64,000 bases of DNA, from IMG/VR virus record IMGVR_UViG_2579778842_000003; one strand, given 5' to 3'. The DNA comes from a virus. Taxonomy: Duplodnaviria > Heunggongvirae > Uroviricota > Caudoviricetes. The notes under the pieces were generated by a model that saw only the letters and a program-made list of their open reading frames with translations, was not told where the DNA came from and did not search any database. The position numbers and the translations under genes are program-made. Each line of letters begins with the position of its first letter. The stretch's first letter is position 1. Below, piece by piece: positions 56,798 through 64,000 of this stretch.

Positions 56798-58504
56798 TTG
56801 AGTAACTTACGCGAATACCAGAATCGTATTGCAGATATCGCAAAACGCTCTAAAGCTGTGCTTGGCTGGGCAAGCACTGCGCAGTTCGGTACTGATAACC
56901 AATTCATTAAAGATGATGCCGCGCGTGCCGCATCTATCCTTGAAGCTGCACGTAAAGACCCGGTTTTTGCGGGTATCTCTGATAATGCCACCGCTCAAAT
57001 CGCTACAGCGTGGGCAAGTGCACTGGCTGACTACGCCGCAGCACATAAATCTATGCCGCGTCCGGAAATTCTGGCCTCCTGCCACCAGACGCTGGAAAAC
57101 TGCCTGATTGAGTCCACCCGCAATAGCATGGATGCCACTAATAAAGCGATGCTGGAATCCGTCGCAGCAGAGATGATGAGCGTTTCTGACGGTGTTATGC
57201 GTCTGCCTTTATTCCTCGCGATGATCCTGCCTGTTCAGTTGGGGGCAGCTACCGCTGATGCGTGTACCTTCATTCCGGTTACGCGTGACCAGTCCGACAT
57301 CTATGAAGTCTTTAACGTGGCAGGTTCCTCTTTTGGTTCTTATGCTGCTGGTGATGTTCTGGACATGCAATCCGTCGGTGTGTACAGCCAATTACGTCGC
57401 CGCTATGTGCTGGTGGCAAGCTCCGATGGCACCAGCAAAACCGCAACCTTCAAGATGGAAGACTTCGAAGGCCAGAATGTACCAATCCGAAAAGGTCGCA
57501 CTAACATCTACGTTAACCGTATTAAGTCTGTTGTTGATAACGGTTCCGGCAGCCTACTTCACTCGTTTACTAATGCTGCTGGTGAGCAAATCACTGTTAC
57601 CTGCTCTCTGAACTACAACATTGGTCAGATTGCCCTGTCGTTCTCCAAAGCGCCGGATAAAGGCACTGAGATCGCAATTGAGACGGAAATCAATATTGAA
57701 GCCGCTCCTGAGCTGATCCCGCTGATCAACCACGAAATGAAGAAATACACCCTGTTCCCAAGTCAGTTCGTTATCGCGGCTGAGCACACGGTACAGGCGG
57801 CGTATGAAGCACAGCGTGAATTTGGTCTGGACCTGGGTTCCCTACAGTTCCGCACCCTGAAGGAATACCTGTCTCATGAACAGGATATGCTGCGTCTTCG
57901 CATCATGATCTGGCGCACTCTTGCGACCGACACCTTTGACATCGCTCTGCCGGTTAACCAGTCCTTTGATGTATGGGCAACCATCATTCGTGGCAAATTA
58001 CAGACTGTATATCGCGACATTATTGAGCGCGTTAAATCTTCTGGTGCGATGGGGATGTTTGCTGGTGCTGATGCAGCATCTTTCTTCAAACAGTTGCCGA
58101 AGGATTTCTTCCAGCCAGCCGAAGACTATATCCAGACTCCGTATGTTCACTACATCGGTACCCTGTTCGGTAACGTGAAAGTGTACGAAGTACCTGCTGG
58201 TATTTGTAAGAACTTAACGACAGATAACATTCAGTTCAGCTCGATGGATGTGCTGTGCTACGTCCGTGATGAAAATCCGGGTAAAGCAGGCTTCGTGACT
58301 GGTGATGCTGTCCCGGCCATCCCGTTCCAGCATCCAACCACTCCGGCGCTGGTCAACCGTACCACGCTGTGGGGTTCGGCTATCAACGATATGCACCCAC
58401 GCAACGGCGCTGATTACTTCACTCGTGTAACGCTGACAATGGCCAAAAAAGGCGGGCTTAACTTCATAAGCGGCGACACGATTGATGCCGGTGACTCTGA
58501 GTAA
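56798..58504 (+). CDS. Major structural protein (P1 gene 23 position, putative major head protein), about 568 aa; start uncertain (TTG at 56798 or 56777)
   Basis: Large ORF after parS; AAGGAAG SD 6 nt before TTG; no in-frame ATG near the 5' end. Confidence 0.45.
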   Translation: MSNLREYQNRIADIAKRSKAVLGWASTAQFGTDNQFIKDDAARAASILEAARKDPVFAGISDNATAQIATAWASALADYAAAHKSMPRPEILASCHQTLENCLIESTRNSMDATNKAMLESVAAEMMSVSDGVMRLPLFLAMILPVQLGAATADACTFIPVTRDQSDIYEVFNVAGSSFGSYAAGDVLDMQSVGVYSQLRRRYVLVASSDGTSKTATFKMEDFEGQNVPIRKGRTNIYVNRIKSVVDNGSGSLLHSFTNAAGEQITVTCSLNYNIGQIALSFSKAPDKGTEIAIETEINIEAAPELIPLINHEMKKYTLFPSQFVIAAEHTVQAAYEAQREFGLDLGSLQFRTLKEYLSHEQDMLRLRIMIWRTLATDTFDIALPVNQSFDVWATIIRGKLQTVYRDIIERVKSSGAMGMFAGADAASFFKQLPKDFFQPAEDYIQTPYVHYIGTLFGNVKVYEVPAGICKNLTTDNIQFSSMDVLCYVRDENPGKAGFVTGDAVPAIPFQHPTTPALVNRTTLWGSAINDMHPRNGADYFTRVTLTMAKKGGLNFISGDTIDAGDSE

Positions 58505-58564
58505 TCAGGGGAAGTTCTCCGTTTAACATAGCGCCCCCGTGCGGGGCGCATAACAGGGAAAGTT

Positions 58565-60154
58565 ATGTCTCAATATTCAATTCAACAGTCATTAGGTAAT
58601 GCATCCGGCGTCGCGGTTAGCCCGATCAATGCCGATGCGACGTTATCTACCGGTGTTGCATTAAATAGCAGCTTGTGGGCTGGTATTGGCGTATTTGCGC
58701 GTGGCAAGCCGTTTACTGTTCTTGCGGTTACTGAGTCCAATTACGAAGATGTTCTCGGCGAACCGCTGAAGCCGTCTTCCGGCTCACAGTTCGAACCAAT
58801 TCGCCATGTATACGAAGCTATTCAGCAAACGTCTGGTTATGTTGTTCGCGCTGTTCCGGATGATGCGAAGTTCCCGATTATTATGTTCGATGAATCAGGC
58901 GAACCGGCTTACAGTGCGTTGCCATACGGTTCTAAAATTGAACTTGATAGTGGCGAAGCCTTTGCTATCTACGTTGATGATGGTGATCCGTGTATTTCAC
59001 CTACCCGTGAGTTAACCATCGAAACGGCAACAGCGGACAGCGCGGGTAATGAACGCTTCCTCTTAAAACTGACCCAGACGACTTCGCTCGGCGTGGTAAC
59101 GACCCTGGAGACACACACTGTGTCTTTGGCGGAAGAAGCGAAAGATGACATGGGCCGCTTGTGTTATCTGCCTACGGCTCTGGAAGCCCGTTCTAAATAT
59201 CTGCGCGCGGTTGTTAATGAAGAGCTGATTTCGACAGCGAAAGTAACAAACAAAAAATCGTTGGCGTTCACTGGCGGTACCAACGGCGATCAGTCGAAAA
59301 TCTCAACCGCTGCGTACCTGCGTGCGGTGAAAGTGCTGAACAATGCGCCGTACATGTACACCGCTGTTCTTGGCTTGGGCTGCTATGACAATGCGGCTAT
59401 CACCGCATTAGGTAAAATCTGTGCAGATCGCCTGATTGATGGCTTCTTTGATGTCAAACCGACATTGACGTACACGGAAGCGATCTCTGCTGTTGAAGAT
59501 ACCGGTTTACTTGGTACCGATTATGTAAGCTGTGCTGTCTATCACTACCCGTTCTCCTGCAAAGACAAATGGACCCAATCCCGTGTGGTCTTTGGTCTGT
59601 CTGGCGTGGCGTATGCGGCGAAAGCTCGTGGCGTCAAGAAAAACTCTGATGTCGGCGGTTGGCATTACTCACCGGCTGGTGAAGAACGTGCCGTCATTGC
59701 TCGTGCGTCAATTCAACCGCTGTATCCGGAAGATACCCCGGACGAAGAAGCTATGGTCAAGGGCCGTCTCAATAAAGTATCTGTTGGCACCTCTGGCCAG
59801 ATGATCATCGACGATGCTTTAACTTGCTGCACGCAGGATAACTATCTGCACTTCCAGCACGTCCCATCCCTGATGAATGCAATCAGCCGTTTCTTTGTCC
59901 AGTTAGCCCGACAGATGAAGCATAGCCCGGACGGTATTACTGCGGCTGGCCTGACTAAAGGGATGACCAAACTTTTAGATCGCTTTGTCGCCTCCGGCGC
60001 TCTGGTGGCTCCTCGTGATCCTGATGCTGACGGTACAGAACCGTATGTGCTGAAAGTTACGCAGGCGGAATTCGATAAATGGGAAGTAGTCTGGGCCTGC
60101 TGCCCGACTGGCGTAGCCCGTCGTATCCAGGGCGTACCGCTGCTTATTAAGTAA
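58565..60154 (+). CDS. Putative tail sheath protein (P1 gene 22 position), 529 aa
   Basis: Size and position consistent with contractile sheath; synteny-based. Confidence 0.4.
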   Translation: MSQYSIQQSLGNASGVAVSPINADATLSTGVALNSSLWAGIGVFARGKPFTVLAVTESNYEDVLGEPLKPSSGSQFEPIRHVYEAIQQTSGYVVRAVPDDAKFPIIMFDESGEPAYSALPYGSKIELDSGEAFAIYVDDGDPCISPTRELTIETATADSAGNERFLLKLTQTTSLGVVTTLETHTVSLAEEAKDDMGRLCYLPTALEARSKYLRAVVNEELISTAKVTNKKSLAFTGGTNGDQSKISTAAYLRAVKVLNNAPYMYTAVLGLGCYDNAAITALGKICADRLIDGFFDVKPTLTYTEAISAVEDTGLLGTDYVSCAVYHYPFSCKDKWTQSRVVFGLSGVAYAAKARGVKKNSDVGGWHYSPAGEERAVIARASIQPLYPEDTPDEEAMVKGRLNKVSVGTSGQMIIDDALTCCTQDNYLHFQHVPSLMNAISRFFVQLARQMKHSPDGITAAGLTKGMTKLLDRFVASGALVAPRDPDADGTEPYVLKVTQAEFDKWEVVWACCPTGVARRIQGVPLLIK

Positions 60155-60163
60155 GGGAATACA

Positions 60164-60979
60164 ATGAGCAAAAACTTTTTTCAATCCGGGGCATTTTTGG
60201 GGAATGGACTGTCCCGTTTCGCTTTGAACTCTGATCCTGTGCAGCTGATGGAGTCTGCCCGAGCAAGCGCCGAACCGCCAACAGATCCGGTTATTAATAA
60301 TAATCCGGAACCGGCGGCACAGACTAACGATAACGTTCCATCTGATCCGGCTCCTGAGCAAATCCTGGAAGAGAAAGACGGTAAAGAATGGACCGTTGAA
60401 CAGGCGCACCAGATGATTCTGGAAGCTGCAAATCGAAGTGCGATGCAGAATGCGTTGAGTGATGCGGCCGACGCCGTTTTCGCCTGGGCTGATAGCGGTG
60501 ATCTGACTTTCGACTCCCTTGATGGTTTCGTTCAGGCTATCGCTGGTATCTCTGATGACGACGACTCCGAAGTTACAGAAGAACAGGACGATGCCTATAA
60601 CGAAGCATGGGCAAATGTTGCTGACTTCCTCGCAGCATGCGGTGTAGATGATGACATGATCGAAGCACTGGCTGACGATGAAGACGACGACGCTGCTGCT
60701 GATGTTGGTGCCTCTATCGCTGGTTTAGATAGCGACGACCGCGACGAACTGGAAGCGGCGTTTGTTGTTGCTGGCACTTCTGATGAAATGCTGACTGAAG
60801 CATTTAAGAAGGTTGTTCGTAACGGTGAGATCAAACTCATCCGTAAACGCCTGCGGAAAAAACGTCTGACTGCGGCTCAAAAATCGGCGCTGAAAAAAGC
60901 GCGTCGAAAAGCCCAGACCGGCGCGGCAAAACTTGCCCGCAAAAAGTCAATGAAACTGCGCCGTAAGCGCCTTGGCTAA
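60164..60979 (+). CDS. Structural-module protein with acidic body and highly basic C-terminal tail, 271 aa
   Basis: C-terminus KLIRKRLRKKRLTAAQKSALKKARRKAQ. Confidence 0.4.
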   Translation: MSKNFFQSGAFLGNGLSRFALNSDPVQLMESARASAEPPTDPVINNNPEPAAQTNDNVPSDPAPEQILEEKDGKEWTVEQAHQMILEAANRSAMQNALSDAADAVFAWADSGDLTFDSLDGFVQAIAGISDDDDSEVTEEQDDAYNEAWANVADFLAACGVDDDMIEALADDEDDDAAADVGASIAGLDSDDRDELEAAFVVAGTSDEMLTEAFKKVVRNGEIKLIRKRLRKKRLTAAQKSALKKARRKAQTGAAKLARKKSMKLRRKRLG

Positions 60980-61014
60980 AGGAGGAGGCCGGAGAACTCC
61001 GGCCTTTAACTTGA

Positions 61015-61596
61015 ATGGCACCTATACCTTATGGGGTTTACAGCCAGGCTGATGGTGTATCGCCATTTCTGAAAGTTACTTTAACGAACTCTCAGTACCA
61101 GGTTACCGGATATATCAGCCAGGGGGCAGCAATGAACATGGCCCAGAATTGGGAAGCGCCGTTTACCGGTATGTCCATGGGGTCTGTTGCTGGTGCTTTC
61201 AGTGGTTTTGCGCAGGTTGGTACTGAAACAACGTCGGTGGCCCGTTGGAACAGCTTAATGGTTTGGGAGGGGGGAACACCGCCGACTTTCACGCTGCCAG
61301 TAACTTTCATCGCTTTGTTTGACCCATTCACGGAGGTTTCAGGAGCTATCGCCGCATTGTCAGCGATGATTAGCCCGGAACTTAAAGATGCCAGTATTGG
61401 TGGTCGAATCCCGGAGCGTGTGACGCTAAACATTGGTCGCCGGATCAACATCATTGATGTCGCTATCCAGGACATAAGTTTCGATCTCGATGCACCCAGG
61501 GACAGCAATGGGCATTTCCTGAAAAACACCGTCAACCTCCAGTTGACCGGTTCTTCGATATATAACAGCTCCGATATTGTTCGGGCGTTCCAGTAA
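61015..61596 (+). CDS. Structural-module protein, 193 aa
   Basis: ORF with SD in the structural operon. Confidence 0.4.
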   Translation: MAPIPYGVYSQADGVSPFLKVTLTNSQYQVTGYISQGAAMNMAQNWEAPFTGMSMGSVAGAFSGFAQVGTETTSVARWNSLMVWEGGTPPTFTLPVTFIALFDPFTEVSGAIAALSAMISPELKDASIGGRIPERVTLNIGRRINIIDVAIQDISFDLDAPRDSNGHFLKNTVNLQLTGSSIYNSSDIVRAFQ

Positions 61597-61607
61597 AAGG
61601 ATTTTAT

Positions 61608-62117
61608 ATGGGGCACAATAACACTAAGGGAAACCGTAAATTTATTAAGGGCCGCTATACTGCCAACGCGGCCAAAGGCGAACGACTGGTATCTTCTGAA
61701 TTCCAGCTCACTTTTGCAGGCCATGAAGATATCAGCGTACTGGTTCGCACGTCGCAAATTCCTGAAATGACCCGCGAGGATGTGGAGGACTATGGTCCGA
61801 ATGGTGTGAAGTTCAACCAGCACGGTCCAATTCGAAACTCTGGGGAAATCCAGGTCCAGTGCGTGGAGACTATCGAAGGCGATATTCTTCAGTTCATTAA
61901 AGATCGCATTGCGGCGAAGGACTATGTTGATATCACGATGGCTGCTACCCCTGAATCCAAATCTTCCGGGGTTAACGCTGTGACAAAAGCTGCTACAACA
62001 ATTGAAATGTTGGACTGCAAAATCTACAGTGATGCAATCGACTTTAGTACCGAAGATGTGACTGCCGCTGTGCGCCCGTCACTTCGTATCGTCTACAACT
62101 GGATTGAGTGGGATTAA
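61608..62117 (+). CDS. Structural-module protein, 169 aa
   Basis: Last gene of operon, followed by terminator. Confidence 0.4.
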   Translation: MGHNNTKGNRKFIKGRYTANAAKGERLVSSEFQLTFAGHEDISVLVRTSQIPEMTREDVEDYGPNGVKFNQHGPIRNSGEIQVQCVETIEGDILQFIKDRIAAKDYVDITMAATPESKSSGVNAVTKAATTIEMLDCKIYSDAIDFSTEDVTAAVRPSLRIVYNWIEWD

Positions 62118-62148
62118 GTGTTATCCCTTGTACTTTTAATCTTCTTCG

Positions 62149-62166
62149 GGGGAGGTTTACCTCCCC
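62149..62166 (+). terminator. Terminator hairpin at the end of the structural operon
   Basis: GGGGAGGT-TT-ACCTCCCC then TTGA. Confidence 0.5.
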
Positions 62167-62414
62167 TTGATACAACCGCATTCCACCGCCTAGCGAATAG
62201 AGTAAAATAACATCTTGTAAATACTCTGGTATGAAGTGAGTGTAAACTAACAGTTACCTATTAATAAATACTCCTATACTTTTCTACCTTAAATATTTAG
62301 TATGCACATGGTTAAATTTATGTAGCGTCAAAGTTTGTGAAGGCAAGATGTCCGTTAATCTTTGTCGAAGCATATATGGTTCTAGGAAGTATTGGCTTAT
62401 TTAAGAGGAATGTC

Positions 62415-63407
62415 ATGTTACGTATCAATGATATGAGCAATATTATTGTAGGTATTTACAGCAAAAAAAATGAAGAAAAATCATTTGAGTATATGTACTC
62501 TTATCTGACAAGGAAAACAGCTTATTTAACACGTGAGTTTATTCGTGATGGTAATCAGGATAAAGAATTATTAAAAAATACCTATATAGAAGCATTGTCT
62601 TGGCTTTTTGCAATCTGTGATAAACTTGAAATACAACCACAGGAAGCATTTTATAAAAAATTTCCTAGTTGCTGTCCTTATTGCTTAGGGGCGCCTTGTT
62701 CCTGTTCTCAAACACACAGAAAGCCAGAGAAAATAAGAAGCGCAAAAGGAATTAAAGATGAGCTTTTCAATAAATATAACGCTATTAAACCTATGCAATT
62801 TCCGCCTTATGCGCCACGAATGATTAATGACATCTATCCGTCGAATAGAACCATTTGGTCTACTTTTGGTGGGTTTTATCATTCATCCAGGTTATTCGAA
62901 GAGTTGGGTGAGTTGCAAGAGGCTTATGCTAAATCAATTGAAGATAAAAATTACAACAAAGAAAATCTTCATGAAGAGTGTGCTGATATATATGCTTGGT
63001 TGTTTTCTTTATGGGGGATTATTTTTAAAGATGATGATCTTGGCGAGGCGTTTGAAAGTTATTATCTAAATGGTTGTCCTGTCTGCAATAAAAGAGAATG
63101 TGTTTGTGTCAGTTATTCAGGGAAGATTAGTAAAACTGATGAGAAAAGAGCATCATTGGAAAAACTTAAACAAGAGTTAGAACTTCTCTTGAAGGATGAG
63201 ACGACAGGTGAGTTTAAGGAGAATTTAGAGTCTGCTATATCTGCAATTAAAGATGCGATAGACTCAGGAAAAGATGCAGATAGCAGAAGAACTTTATCGG
63301 AAGTCGAAAGTGTTCTTGACTCAATCGAAAAAAATTCAGCCAAGATGTCTAGTGTGGCAAGTAACGCCCTTAATGTTTTTAATGTAATCAGTAAGTTATT
63401 CCAATAA
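62415..63407 (+). CDS. AT-rich cargo protein with MazG-like NTP-pyrophosphohydrolase motifs and two Cys clusters, about 330 aa
   Basis: FEELGELQEAY and HEECADIYAWLFSL resemble the paired MazG/HisE helices; CCPYCLGAPCSC and CPVCNKRECVC; AAGAGGA SD before ATG at 62415; strongly AT-rich. Confidence 0.5.
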   Translation: MLRINDMSNIIVGIYSKKNEEKSFEYMYSYLTRKTAYLTREFIRDGNQDKELLKNTYIEALSWLFAICDKLEIQPQEAFYKKFPSCCPYCLGAPCSCSQTHRKPEKIRSAKGIKDELFNKYNAIKPMQFPPYAPRMINDIYPSNRTIWSTFGGFYHSSRLFEELGELQEAYAKSIEDKNYNKENLHEECADIYAWLFSLWGIIFKDDDLGEAFESYYLNGCPVCNKRECVCVSYSGKISKTDEKRASLEKLKQELELLLKDETTGEFKENLESAISAIKDAIDSGKDADSRRTLSEVESVLDSIEKNSAKMSSVASNALNVFNVISKLFQ

Positions 63408-63749
63408 TGGTGCCCACCGGTTTGTTAGAAAATGAACCGGTGTTGTATTATTTATTATTAAATTAATTTTAATCCTAATAGATGGATGTTTGTTGTGGAT
63501 ATAATTTGTTTAAGTTTTAGGTGTATTTTTCCATATATAATCTAGGTGGTATTAGCAAAGCAAGTATGGAATTTTGTTAACAGCTAGATATTTCTGAAAG
63601 TCATCATGTCGCGAAGGCTATTGGGAGATATGGTCTGAATCTTTGCATGATGTGAAATAACTCCTTCTACTTCATTGTGTTTTACACTATTGGGGAGAAA
63701 AGGGTGCATTGAGGTTACCAGACACACGAAGAGTGGCGGGGATCACTCC

Positions 63750-64000
63750 CATAAGCGCTAACTTAAGGGTTGTGGTATTACGCCTGATATGATTTAACGT
63801 GCCGATGAATTACTCTCACGATAACTGGTCAGCAATTCTGGCCCATATTGGTAAGCCCGAAGAACTGGATACTTCGGCACGTAATGCCGGGGCTCTAACC
63901 CGCCGCCGCGAAATTCGTGATGCTGCAACTCTGCTACGTCTGGGGCTGGCTTACGGCCCCGGGGGGATGTCATTACGTGAAGTCACTGCATGGGCTCAGC
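63750..64000 (+). mobile_element. IS186 (IS4 family), left end, truncated by window edge
   Basis: Terminal repeat CATAAGCGCTAACTTAAGGGTTG at 63750; flanking G/C-rich target GGCGGGGATCACTCCC. Confidence 0.75.
63805..64000 (+). CDS. IS186 transposase, N-terminal part only
   Basis: Own translation MNYSHDNWSAILAHIGKPEELDTSARNAGALTRRREIRDAATLLRLGLAYGPGGMSLREVTAWAQ, recognised as IS186 transposase N-terminus. Confidence 0.75.
   Translation, partial: MNYSHDNWSAILAHIGKPEELDTSARNAGALTRRREIRDAATLLRLGLAYGPGGMSLREVTAWAQ

Overview
This 64-kb window is a contiguous segment of a P1-like phage-plasmid (P1-family temperate myovirus that lysogenises as a plasmid), inverted relative to the conventional P1 map. 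Identification rests on recognisable proteins and sites read directly from the sequence (Cre plus a perfect 34-bp loxP, C1/Coi, PacA/PacB with the hexanucleotide pac site, Phd/Doc, HumD, Ban, RepA with iterons, ParA/ParB/parS, a 2255-aa DarB) and on recalled P1 gene order; no database search was possible, so names of less distinctive genes are synteny-based. Left to right: pro (partial) - prt - darB - ulx - lxc - a cargo slot - mat - ref - cre - loxP - coi - c1 - pacB - pacA - lpa - pdcB - doc - phd - humD - a ~13-kb minus-strand block of small accessory enzymes - a baseplate/spike block - ban - three tRNAs with tRNA-like repeats - dmt - hrdC - uhr - oriR/repA/incA - parAB/parS - structural genes - a second AT-rich cargo gene - the left end of IS186. 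The strongest candidate for an undescribed system is a single AT-rich SIR2-family gene (10221..11528) sitting exactly where P1 carries its res-mod restriction system and IS1. Other leads are a MazG-like cargo gene next to IS186, a recurrent GATTGATTGG motif with orphan terminators, tRNA-like minihelix repeats, and a 45-codon membrane-peptide ORF.
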